From contig JARDVH010000115.1 of NCBI GenBank assembly GCA_030324005.1, positions 36,592,794-36,656,793 of the forward strand: 64,000 nucleotides of DNA. Reading direction: 5' to 3'. This stretch comes from Negaprion brevirostris (taxonomy: Eukaryota). Under the pieces are notes generated by a model. It made no database searches. It was given only the letters and a program-made list of their open reading frames with translations, and was not told where the DNA came from. Made by a program: the position numbers and the translations under genes. This document shows positions 1-11,339 of this stretch, one piece after another (the stretch's first letter is position 1; each line of letters begins with the position of its first letter).

Positions 1-744
1 ATGGCTGTAAGCTTTGTAACCTTTGACTTTAGCATTTCAGTACAAGGTCTAAGCAAACACATATGCACTGCCTTCTATACTGCAGCATAGACTGGAGGAC
101 AAAAATCAAGGACTACAAAAGCTCATTTTAAATTACATCACACTCAATTACAGATTTTATCTTTCCTGTTTTTTTTGTCAAAGGAAGACTTTTGACAGAA
201 AGGAAATATTACATGGGCAGCAGTAACTGCCTTGAAATAAGCATGAATCATTTTTCCCAGTTCAGAAATGCCAGCACAGTGAAGTATTTAGACAGAGCAG
301 AATCATGGAATCTCTGCATCGTTTCTCAATGCAGGCATTTGTATCTCAACTGAGTTAGTCACATAAACCAACTTCTTAAAGCCCTCAAGTCAACCTGCAC
401 CAAGTTAGCCAACCTTTAAGCTGACCTCGGCATAATAGATTAAGATTTATCAAGAAGTGTGTAAATAAAAAACCTCACTATTAGTGAGGTAGTGCAAATG
501 CATTGTATATTAAAAGGTCTACACACTTGTCTGCACTAGCCCCTCTTTTTGCTGCTGACCCAGAAAACTGTCTTGTATGATGGATTTTAATCCTTGAACT
601 CAAAATATTTCAGCTATTAAAGAGACACTTCTTCAGCCAATAATTTATGGGTATTGCCTTCAATTGAGGCAGAAATTACCTTGAAATTTAGTATTTATTT
701 AAAGGATCTAAATTTTTATTAATGATAAATTAACGATGATGGTT

Positions 745-985
745 ATAGAACAAAGAACAACCCAGCATAGGAAACAGGCCCTTCGGCCCAATGAGCCCGC
801 GCCGCCATCACNNNNNNNNNNNNNNNNNNNNNNNNNNNNNNNNNNNNNNNNNNNNNNNNNNNNNNNNNNNNNNNNNNNNNNNNNNNNNNNNNNNNNNNNN
901 NNNNNNNNNNNCGTGAATACCGACGCAAAGTATTCATTCAGGAGCTCCCCCATTCCCTCCGACTCAATACATAATTCCCCACTTA
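745..985 (-). mobile_element. CR1 LINE fragment collapsed across a gap
   Basis: CR1 tail repeat (agaacaaagaaca) to the left of the gap; ELCIESEGMGELLNEYFASVFT, the CR1 ORF2 signature LN.YF.SVFT, to the right. Confidence 0.8.
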
Positions 986-1373
986 TATCCTTCAACAGCT
1001 CCAAGCTTGCAAAGCCAGGCATTTCACTTGATAAACTGAAGCACATTCTCTGATAGTAATCAATTTAAACATTTATTATCATGGCTTATGGCATTATGTG
1101 CCTGCAATCTAACCTGTCACAATAGGCTCTGTATCTGAAGGGCATGGCCTATCAGACTAATCATTCCCAGCAAGACACATTTCCTCCCCAAACAATTAGC
1201 ACCAGATCCTTCAAGCTTTCATCTAAACTCACTGCTTCTTAAATGTCAATCTAAAATATTAATTTCACAGTCCTTGCGCTGAAGGTTACTTAACGAAAAG
1301 CATAACTGAGAACAGTTGGCACAAACTAAAACATTATTACTCCTATAGGTGGTGGAAAAGGAGGGGAGAATCA

Positions 1374-1430
1374 TCACGTGACGTTATTTCCAAAATAGGC
1401 ATGTGCCAATGACAGACAAGAACAGATTGG
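1374..1430. promoter_or_regulatory. Candidate enhancer motif cluster (E-box, CRE half-site, CArG, two CCAAT)
   Basis: TCACGTGACGT at 1374-1384, CCAAAATAGG at 1390-1399, CCAAT at 1406-1410, ATTGG at 1426-1430. Confidence 0.35.
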
Positions 1431-1530
1431 GCTCAGCACCAAAGCTGTAAAGCCTGGCAGTACTTTGTCTAAGTTCACCCACAAATAGTCTGTTTATAAC
1501 ATACAGCAGGATCGCTGGTATCCAACATAC

Positions 1531-1543
1531 CACACCATTAGTG
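1531..1543 (-). CDS. FERMT2: Candidate FERMT2 microexon B (13 nt, G-TNGV)
   Basis: Acceptor ttttctctttttcctgtctcttctcttaaaaag|CAC, donor GTG|gtatgt. 29+13=42 nt restores phase 0. Confidence 0.5.
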
Positions 1544-1632
1544 CTTTTTAAGAGAAGAGACAGGAAAAAGAGAAAATTGGCAACTACACACTTAAAAATG
1601 CTAGTTTCTGAAGGCCCAATATAAAGTCTTAC

Positions 1633-1661
1633 CCTCCGAGGGTTGTGTACGTCAATTCAGG
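1633..1661 (-). CDS. FERMT2: Candidate FERMT2 microexon A (29 nt, PELTYTTLG-G)
   Basis: Acceptor ttttcttttttgttctaag|CCT, donor GAGG|gtaaga. Frameshifting alone, in frame when joined to the 13-nt candidate exon at 1531-1543. Confidence 0.55.
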
Positions 1662-4600
1662 CTTAGAACAAAAAAGAAAATTGCAAAGTAAAACAGATAC
1701 TAATAGAAGACAAGGGTTTGATGACAATAGTCTGAAATGTCAAGGGGATCAGGATAAACTATTAATACTTATAAGATGATATTAGGGCACATGGAAGTAG
1801 GTTTTAGTAGCAAAAGAGACAGAGTGACAAGAGAATTCCAGAGATTAGGACCTTGGCAGCTGTAGATATGCTACCAATGGTGGAGCTATAAAAAGTCAGA
1901 ATGACTGAGATCAGAATTAGAAAAGTTCAATTGAAAGGGCTGGAGNNNNNNNNNNNNNNNNNNNNNNNNNNNNNNNNNNNNNNNNNNNNNNNNNNNNNNN
2001 NNNNNNNNNNNNNNNNNNNNNNNNNNNNNNNNNNNNNNNNNNNNNNNNNNNNNNNNNNNNNNNNNNNNNNNNNNNNNNNNNNNNNNNNNNNNNNNNNNNN
2101 NNNNNNNNNNNNNNNNNNNNNNNNNNNNNNNNNNNNNNNNNNNNNNNNNNNNNNNNNNNNNNNNNNNNNNNNNNNNNNNNNNNNNNNNNNNNNNNNNNNN
2201 NNNNNNNNNNNNNNNNNNNNNNNNNNNNNNNNNNNNNNNNNNNNNNNNNNNNNNNNNNNNNNNNNNNNNNNNNNNNNNNNNNNNNNNNNNNNNNNNNNNN
2301 NNNNNNNNNNNNNNNNNNNNNNNNNNNNNNNNNNNNNNNNNNNNNNNNNNNNNNNNNNNNNNNNNNNNNNNNNNNNNNNNNNNNNNNNNNNNNNNNNNNN
2401 NNNNNNNNNNNNNNNNNNNNNNNNNNNNNNNNNNNNNNNNNNNNNNNNNNNNNNNNNNNNNNNNNNNNNNNNNNNNNNNNNNNNNNNNNNNNNNNNNNNN
2501 NNNNNNNNNNNNNNNNNNNNNNNNNNNNNNGTTTGCTGTGGAAGTGGGGGGTGACGTCAGCAGCAAGGACAGGGGATAGCTCTTCCCAATGCCGGGTCCC
2601 TCAATCAAACACCGAATGCTTTTCAAGGAGGAACCTCCCAATAACTGCGATCGTCATTATATTTAGTTGGAAGAAATTTCTGCTCATCCAGGAGAGGTAT
2701 CAGACAAGTAGTCTGATAATTGAGAAAGAGAAAGATCAGGAGAGGTGGTGGCCTCATCAATGTATATGTGGAAATTGAAGCTGCATTTTCAAACGTAACC
2801 CTGATGGGCTGCACGTAGGTGAGAAATAAGAAGGGGGCAAGCAGAAGTAGTAATGGTACGAGAGCAGTAAGAACAATCATTGCTGTGACTTTCTGACTAT
2901 GATTAGATAGAAAGATGGAACTGGTGCTGCCAATACCTACTTCTTCCATCTATCCTAATATCTCCATATGCAGCTCAGTGTAAAAGGTTTTGATCATGAT
3001 CCTAAGTACCTCAAGTCATTTTATTATGAAGATTCTACATTAGTGATAATAGCTTACCCTGATCCTTGATATTTCAGTCTGACATCAAACCCTTGCCTTC
3101 TATTAAATGTTCATTCTTCTTTGCAGTTCTTTATTAATGTAAGCCTGGACAGGCATAGAAAGAAGCCCAAGGAGGCAAGACTTTATACTGAGCTTTCAAA
3201 ATCAACTGTTTTTAAGGGCCTATTTGTGCAGCTGGATGACATTGGCGAGATGTCAGAGGACTATAGTGCTGAAAACCATGTCAAAAGCTAGAAATAGGCT
3301 GCAAACAATGAGAAAAGATAGTTTACCTTAGGCATAATCACAACGAACATTGTCTGATATGACTTTGATAGGAACGGTCATGAAGTGCTTAGTTACTCTA
3401 TTAAATCCTCTGTGATTCAACTCTATTTACTCACATTTGCTCCAATCTTGATATCCTTAATTTAAAAAAAATCTGTAAGTTTACACCTCAGTCTCTATGG
3501 TCATTTCGTGGGACGAGTTTTAGATTCCACTATCCTTTGTGTGAAATTAGATAGTATCTTTTTCACACACAATTGTCCTTATTCGCACATTAAGATTCTC
3601 AACAGGTTTCCATACCTGCTGAATTGATTCCTTTATCAGTTAAAGCAGCTTTTTATCATCCTTAAACCCTCTACATTCAGAGAATACATGACATGTAATG
3701 CAGCCTGTCCTCATAATTTAACCATTCTTAGTCCCAGTATCATTGGCTTCTCGACACAATAACTGCTCAAAAGATCAATATATTCCTCCTGAGGCCTGAA
3801 ACAGAGTGCAATACTCCTGCCTGGGGTCTGTGTAACTGTAACATCACTTCCTCACCTCTAAATGCCAATCCTCTTAAAAGTAAAGGCTAACATTCTATTA
3901 GCTTTGTTGATTAAAAAAAACAACTTTTGAACAAGTAAGTAGCTAAAAATTGTGTGTTTTTATTACTAGGAAAAAATTCCAATTCCTCTTTCTTGGGTCA
4001 GAGGTGGATGAGCTCACACTTCCTGAAATTGAAATACATCTGCCAAAGCTTTGCCCAATTATTTGGGCTTTTATGTCCTTCTGTAACTTGCTGCTCTAAT
4101 TTATATAACAAACATTGCCTCCTTAAATTTTATTTGAAAACTTGGATACACAGCTCCTAAATTTCCAAAGAACACTGTCACAACTTGCCAAAATGTTTCC
4201 TACATCCCTAATTTCTGTATCCCACCTTCTTACCAATTACCAACATCGCTGGTTTTCAGTTGTTAAGAATATGCATCACTGAGAAGGAGAACACTCCTTC
4301 CCCACCACCTTCAACCGCACCACCCCCCCCACCAACCAAAACTGAGAATTCAAATTGGGTGAATGTTGTTCCGTTTATCAAGATTTTCATTAATCTCTAG
4401 AGAAGGGCTGGGGAAAGCATCTCCAAGCGGTTGATTGCTCCCTAGAATCAGAGAGAAGGGGGACTTGGTTGGTTTACAATCTGCAAACCAGCAGCTTAAA
4501 AACAATGGGAAGGAACTCAGATTAATTTGTAGATTCTTGGCAATAACCAGAATTTATTCATCTGGAAAATTCAACATTTGGTAACAATTGAGTCTATCAA

Positions 4601-5049
4601 ATTGATAAAAGGAATGATGTAATGCTAGTAGGATGCACTATTGTCTCCAATCCCTAAATGATGTCTTATTTTCTCAACTGCTAGGATTAAATAAAAGCAT
4701 GTATGGATTAATTTAGTGGCTTCAATTTCAGCAGGAAATGGTCGCATCTGCATTTATCATTTAAGTATGAAACTCAAATGTACCCAGGAGGTGCACAGAT
4801 GGCAAATACCAGACGATACTATATCCTTGTCAGATTTAGATAGCTTCAAACATTTAATCAAATCCACACAGTCAGTATCAGCTTTCGGAGATAAAACTTC
4901 CATACATGCAGCCCAAAATGCCTTCTCGGGGAACAAAATTCTACTCTTGGGATAACAGCAGCAATATTTGCTGTTACATAAAGAATTCATTAATTGTGGA
5001 GGGATGGTGTAAGCTGTGGTTCCATAGCAGCATTCTTTCCTGAGATTAT

Positions 5050-5297
5050 GCCCTTAAGTCCCACAGAGAGCTGAGCATAAATCTAGGCCAATGCAGTACC
5101 ATGGGAATGATGCACAGTCAAAGATGCCATCTTGCAGTTGAGCTGTTAGACTGGGGGTCATTCTCGCTAATATCCTAGTCAAAACCGGTTGTCGCATTTC
5201 TGACATAAAAGTGACTATATTTTAAAATAACTTCATTGGTTGTAAAATGCTTCAAGCTGTGCTGAGATCATGAACACTGATAAAACTGCATATCTTG
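5050..5297 (+). mobile_element. Degenerate Deu-domain SINE (SacSINE1-like)
   Basis: gagcataaatctaggc...gcagtac...tgcacagtcaaagatgccatctt and the tail aagtgactata...cttcattggttgtaaaatgctt resemble the recalled Deu-SINE consensus. Confidence 0.6.
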
Positions 5298-5859
5298 CCT
5301 TATTTTCAGAAAATTTCTTAAAACTAATTTAATTTCTACACACTCCAAACAGATTAACTCCAAGTTAAGAAACTTCCTGGAAATAACATTTCAAGAACCT
5401 GCCAACAAGGGACAATAGTGCTTCTGGTCTGCACATTTTAGGAACAGTGGTATCACATGATTTAATGACCTCTTTCGAACCACAATCCAGGTCTGGAAAC
5501 TTCCATCACACAGCAAGATTTAGTTAAACTTGGAGTGTATAGAACTAAATCTTGCAACCAACAATAAAACCTTTATGGTGAAGGGAGATGGGCTCTCAGT
5601 AGGGAAATAAATCTTTCATCCTATGGTGCAGAATCAGAATGAAAGAATAAAGGTCAAATCCATGACTGCACATGAAGTAAAATCTTGGCGATTAGATGAT
5701 CACCCAGAAAATAAGTGAATAAGAAAGGGCTGAAGAGCAGAATTATAAATGCTGTTTGACTCACAGGATAAGCTCTACAGTTTTGCAGATTACAAAAAAC
5801 TGAAGCACCATCATCATAATGAAGGAATGGTGGTATAGTTCAAGCCAGGATAGTGAGGA

Positions 5860-6090
5860 CATCACCACCTGCAAGTTGTCTTCCAGGCCACACAACATCC
5901 TAGCCTGGAACGATACCTTTGCTAGCGCTGGGACAAAATCCTGCAGCCAATTCCTAACAGCATTATGGGTGTACTAGACTACGTGGCCTGCAGTGGTTCA
6001 AGACGACTCACTGATACCTTTGCAAGGGCAATTAGGGATAGGCAATAAATATTGGCCCATCCAGTGACACCCACATCTTGTGAAAGAACT
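5860..6090 (+). mobile_element. LINE (CR1/L2 group) 3' end
   Basis: caccacctgcaagtt...cagtggttcaag...gggcaattagggataggcaataaatattggcc; the last ~60 bp are shared with the SINE at 53105-53480. Confidence 0.6.
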
Positions 6091-6332
6091 ACATAATGCC
6101 ATCATTGGTGGGAGAATTGTGAAATTCTCCTGAAAATTTAATGATTCTAACTTACCACAAAAAAATTACCACATTGCTTTGTAATAAAGTTAATGCTGTG
6201 CATGCTCATCACTGTATACATTTTTGGACTTGTAAATAGCATATAGCCCAGATCATAATTTTAACAATGGCAATTATAATAGGTTTGTTGGATGAAATAT
6301 AGTGTAAAATGCAATTTCTCTTGGCCAAGTAC

Positions 6333-6554
6333 CTGCTTGTTTTTGTACTTTTTCAAATAGCGAGGAGACACAAGACACTCTGGATTGATGTCTGTTGAGT
6401 TCTGGTCTGGAATAACTTGTGGATCAGGGTTTAAATGTTGCATCTTCAAAAATGATAAGATATTCTGCACCTCAAGACTATATGAGCTGTCTGCCATGGT
6501 CTTGCCCTTTGATGCTAGTCTGCAGGCTGCCATCCATTGTGCATACTGCTTTTC
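6333..6554 (-). CDS. FERMT2: Kindlin-2 exon 12 (end of PH domain, F2)
   Basis: Encodes [74 protein letters not shown]. Acceptor tctttag|GAA, donor CAG|gtactt; 222 nt, phase 0-0. Confidence 0.97.
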
Positions 6555-7120
6555 CTAAAGAAAGGCATAAGAGTTAACTTCAGAAGGAAGATATTTTATC
6601 CCCTTCAAAAATATTTTCTTCAGTTGAAAAACTTTTCTTAGATTGCAATGTTTATCAAAGAAAAAAAACTTTATATTGAAAGCTATTCACTGTTATAATC
6701 AAACATTTGATCCTATTCAGGTTTACATCTAATAAAAGCATAAAGAGCACAAGATTTACAGTAAATTTATCTTCATTTTTTAAAAATAAAAAATCTATAA
6801 AGTCTCCATTGGCATCAGAATCAAAGTGAATATAATTTTCAGTATCATGTACAACAGATTTACATGAACCCCACAAATTAGATATGTATCAAATTACTAT
6901 TGAAATCGATTAACTTGCTTTAGAGTGTGACATATCATTGTGTGTCCTTGTAACATGATTGCACAGACATCAACTGGCCAGAGACAAGAAGAGACAGGGA
7001 GCAACAAATGATCATTTTATTAGGATGTCATTTATTCAGACAGCCTAATTTAGTTACACAAATTCAAGGATTTGTGTACAGCAAGTCAAATTCCACTTCT
7101 TTCATATCGGATTGAGATCT

Positions 7121-7437
7121 TGCACTGTGGTTAGCACTGCTGCCACACATCGCCAAGGACCTGGATTTGATTCCAGTTATGGGTGACAGTTTGAGTGGAG
7201 TTTGCACATTCTCCAAGCGTCTGTAGTTTCTTCTGGGTGCCCCAGATTCCTCCCACAATCCTTAGACATGCAGGTTAGGTGGATTGGCCATGCTAAATTG
7301 CCCCAGTAGTGTCAAAAGATATGTAGGTTAGGTGGAATAGCCATGGTAAATGCATGGGGTTGTGGCAGATGCTTTTTTGGTGTCAGCATAGACTCGATGG
7401 GCCGAATGGCCACTTACTGTACTGTAGGGATTCTACA
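7121..7437 (+). mobile_element. HE1/V-type tRNA-derived SINE
   Basis: gtggttagcactgctgcc head, ggtggattggccatgctaaattgcccc core, CR1-type tail actgtagggattcta. Confidence 0.9.
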
Positions 7438-7546
7438 GTTCGGTATTGTGTCTGGAGTTAGTGCCTATGTTTCAAATGATGCTTGTAATCCACCGATCTG
7501 TATAATTTAACCACTGAGATACTTCATCTGCATTACGTTTCACCTT

Positions 7547-7715
7547 GAATCACAGAATCTCTACAGTGCAGAAGGGAGGCCATTTAGCCCATTAAGCCTA
7601 CACCAACATCAAATTCACCTAGCCCCTATCCCTGTAACCCACATACTTACCCTGCTAATTCCCTATCTTGCACATCTTGGGACACTAAGGGGCAATTTAT
7701 CATGGCCAATCAACC
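7547..7715 (-). mobile_element. HE1 SINE, 3' half
   Basis: Reverse complement of the SINE tail and core (ctacagtgcagaagggaggcc...ggcaatttatcatggccaatcaacc). Confidence 0.85.
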
Positions 7716-7717
7716 AT

Positions 7718-8185
7718 GGGCGGCACAGTAGCACAGTGGTTAGCACTGCTGCTTCACCGCTCCAGGGTCCTGGGTTCGAATCTTGGCTCAGGTCACTGTC
7801 TGTGTGGAGTTTGCACATTCTCCTCGTGTCTGCGTGGGTTTCCTCCGGGTACTCCGGTTTNNNNNNNNNNNNNNNNNNNNNNNNNNNNNNNNNNNNNNNN
7901 NNNNNNNNNNNNNNNNNNNNNNNNNNNNNNNNNNNNNNNNNNNNNNNNNNNNNNNNNNNNTTTCCTCCGGGTACTCCGGTTTCCTCCCACAGTCCAAAGA
8001 TGCGCGGGTTAGGTTGATTGGCCATGCTAAGAAATTGCCCCTGAATGTCCAGGGATGCGTAGGTTAAAGGGATTAGTGTAGGGGATTAATGTCGGGATAT
8101 GCGGGTGGGATTGTGTTCGGTGCAGACTCGATGAGCCGAAGGGCCTCTTTCTGCACTGTAGGGTTTCTATTTCTATGATTTCTAT
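7718..8185 (+). mobile_element. HE1 SINE, full length (spans an N gap)
   Basis: gggcggcacagtagcacagtggttagcactgctgc head with B-box-like gggttcgaatc; tail ttctatttctatgatttcta. Confidence 0.92.
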
Positions 8186-8662
8186 AACCCTTGAAATACA
8201 GTGCAAGAGACAAATAGTGAAACAGGAATACTGAAGGGGAAACATTTTGTGTAGAAACGTATCTCAGGGTTACAATTTTGATTTCTACAACATACTGCTG
8301 CATTCTTACGGTTAAAATTAATCTTTCTTTTTAAACAAAGCTACATTGACAATCATATCAGTATGTACCAAGTATCTTGACTAAGATATTATGTATTTAA
8401 GTTAATCATATTAAATACTTTACTCAGTCACAAAGAACCATAACAAAATAACCAGAATAAAACAGAAATGAGTTATATTGAAACTAAAAATTATTTTCCA
8501 GAATCAAATCAGTGCCTAATAGGACTCAAATGATTTGAGGATTGGAGTTAATTTGCATTTTTCTCCAGATACATGTTCACAAAATATGAATGTAAACATT
8601 ATTCATAAGTGCAAGTTCCTTTTGGATTCTGAAAATACAATCAACGAAATATCAATACTTAC

Positions 8663-8769
8663 ATTGTCACAACGGAGCCAGATTTCATTCATTCCCTCTG
8701 CCACTGGTATCAGCAGCTTGATATTAAATTTTTGGCCAGATATGTTTACATCAGGGGTCACCTCACAAC
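8663..8769 (-). CDS. FERMT2: Kindlin-2 exon 11 (PH domain)
   Basis: Encodes (G)[35 protein letters not shown]. Acceptor aaacag|GT, donor AAT|gtaagt; 107 nt. Confidence 0.97.
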
Positions 8770-10270
8770 CTGTTTCATAAAATTACAGGAAAAAAATAAA
8801 TTAAGCTTAGCTTCATGCTCAAGAAGTAAAGTATGGCTTAGTTCAGAAACATAGCTTCACCAACTGTAGCAAGTGGCAACCAATTAATCCATCATTCAGA
8901 ACAAAATTCCACTAAGCATTTTGAAACAGTCATCACTCAGCTTGTTATCAGATCTACAATGGCAAGATTGCATTCCGGTCTCACTGATATGGCATTTATT
9001 CTTAATCCAGCAGAGTAAATAACATTCTGCACCAAGTATGGGAGAGACATCACAGGCGGGAGGAAAGTAGAAAAAGCGAGCATGTTTTATATTGCATTTA
9101 TTTTAAAATTTTTGTTAATGACTATAGTAATTAATTACCATAAGACTATCTAAAGACATTATACCCTGTAAGTTTAATGTTTAATTTCTGATGGGAAAGG
9201 TTCTACAGGTGCCAGCTAAAGCTCTTACGTTGGTTGTAACAAAAAAATCTGTTTCGCTAAAATATTGTTTCATTTGAAGTTGCGCTTTTCATGAACACAA
9301 CTATAATGTTAAGTGAGGAATTATTGCACAACTGCCAATAGAGGTTGATGGAAGGGAATGCATGTCAGCTTGAGTCAGAGGAATGAATGGGCTGGGAGGG
9401 GTTTTGCACAGCCTGATGTACAGAAATGGAGGCAGAGTGTGAGGCTTTGTAGGAACTAGGATCCAATGCAGATCAGTGAGAACTGGCAAGGGAGGTAAAA
9501 TGCAGCAGAAGTTTAGATAACACGTATGAATAGTGCAGGACGACAATGGAGTACAAAGACTCTGTTTAGGATTCTATTAGAAATAGTTAGAGGAAATCTT
9601 TGTGTATAGATTTTGCTAAGTAACTTCTTCAGTTCACTGGAAGCATTCGGAGCTCTGTATATCAGGAAGAGAAAATATTTGCAAGATACATCCCATTACT
9701 TGAAGGTGGGAATGCTTGTGAAAATATTAACTACAATATGATACAACTGGAAGTCTGAACTTGTCTCCAAATCAGCTGAAATTTTAGATTGCGATCAAGA
9801 AGATTTTTGTTAGGCAAGAATATTAAACAAAATACTGTACAGAGGAATTGAACAGTGAACTGTTCCTCTGTACAGCATTTTATGGTCTGAACCATTAATT
9901 CACAGTGTGGTTGTTAATCTGCAATAGATGGCAGTGGTCGGCTTTCCACAATTAGGATGGCAGAAGGAAAGCACACCTGCTAATTCTCCTGTCTTTCCTC
10001 CGGCAAAAAAAAAGCCTTGCTTCTAGACTCTAGGAGTTGGATGCTGGAAGGAGGGGAAAAATGAAGAGATGAGAAAGAGTTCACCATTCACACTTTCAGA
10101 TATACTCACTTTTTCTGACTCACATGGGTTTGTATTGCCCTGAGTCAATATGATTACCTACTAGAATTTAGAATAAATGCGCCATTTTGTCCTTCAACTG
10201 GCATGATTTTGCACATTCTCGAGTAGATATTGGATATCACTATGTTATGGCACAATAAAGTAGCTCTCAC

Positions 10271-10395
10271 CTCGCAAGTTCATCTGATGAGCGGGGGGCC
10301 CATGGGATTCATCTTTGCTTTTGTAGCAGGAGATTGATGTATCTTTAAATGTACACCAATATGGCTTGTAACCTTTGAGTGTTAATTTCTTTGGT
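10271..10395 (-). CDS. FERMT2: Kindlin-2 exon 10 (PH domain)
   Basis: Encodes (K)[41 protein letters not shown](G). Acceptor ttttatag|A, donor CGAG|gtgaga; 125 nt. Confidence 0.97.
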
Positions 10396-10970
10396 CTATA
10401 AAAAAGGGGAAAAAAAATATTTTGAACTCTCATTTCTGGGTCAACAGGAGTTTAATTCTAGGGAAGATTTTGTTAACTTCAGCCTGACAAGTATGGACTA
10501 TATTTATTGCCTGCAGTCAGTGAAGTCAGTATTTTGGCAGAGAATTTGAATTCAATACAACAAAATAGACTTTTTTTTCGCTGAGGGCCACCCCCACTCC
10601 CCTGAAGAAATGCACCATTTAAGTGACTCTTTTAAAGAGAAAAACATTTTCCAATATAAAAAAATGAACGTCAGAATATTGCAATACTTTATCATACCTC
10701 ACAGGCTTCTGTGAAGGACAACAGATTGTGAAAGGACTTCGAGAACATAGCTTCCCAAATGCAAATGCTGAAAATGCTATGCAACAGTGAGATTGGCCCC
10801 ATGGGCACTGAGGTTAATCTGGGTGCATCCTATGAAATTTTTCAAAAGTTGCCAATAGCAAGTTGATGTATCAACTGCTCATTATCAAAGTTCTTAAAGT
10901 TTATTTACTNNNNNNNNNNNNNNNNNNNNNNNNNNNNNNNNNNNNNNNNNNNNNNNNNNNNNNNNNNNNN

Positions 10971-11086
10971 AGCACCCAGAGGAAACCCATGCAGACAAGG
11001 TGAGAACATGCAAACTCACATAGTGACCCAGGCCGGAAATCATACCTGCGGCCCTGGCGCTGCGAGGCAGCAGTGCTAACCACTGT
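10971..11086 (-). mobile_element. HE1 SINE, 5' part
   Basis: ggaaacccatgcagac...gaggcagcagtgctaaccactg is the reverse complement of the SINE head. Confidence 0.85.
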
Positions 11087-11339
11087 CATCCCAGAAATTG
11101 TCAAACAGTTTGAAAAACGGGAGCAGAGGTGAATTTTAACTCTCCATGTTTACTGTGAACTGGGCGGAGGAGTCAATGAACATAGAGATAATATGGGAAA
11201 GGCTTTTGTTGCAAATTTGGTTGCTGGTAGAAGTTTTCAATGAGTTTGGGTTTATGGAGATTGGAGCAACTTGTGCAGTTTGTGGACCTGTGAGAAAAAA
11301 CATTGTGGGTCTGCTGGTATAATGCTTTACCCAAGCCAC

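Noticed and set aside
472-490. Perfect small palindrome acctcacta-t-tagtgaggt
   Set aside because: An isolated 9-bp-arm hairpin with no supporting context; can arise by chance in 64 kb.
3058-3078. 21-nt in-frame segment on the minus strand (cag|ACTGAAATATCAAGGATCAGG|gtaagc, TEISRIR), the same length as the mammalian PGYIRDL microexon
   Set aside because: The upstream sequence is purine-rich with no pyrimidine tract, and the peptide is unlike PGYIRDL; probably chance.
1-6332. Search for the PGYIRDL microexon and for exon 13 (ITARILEAH...)
   Set aside because: Neither was found in readable sequence. They may lie in the 1946-2530 gap or left of the window, so absence cannot be claimed.
7718-7800. 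tRNA-like A and B boxes
   Set aside because: They are SINE heads, not complete tRNA cloverleaves. No true tRNA, rRNA or CRISPR array was seen in the window.
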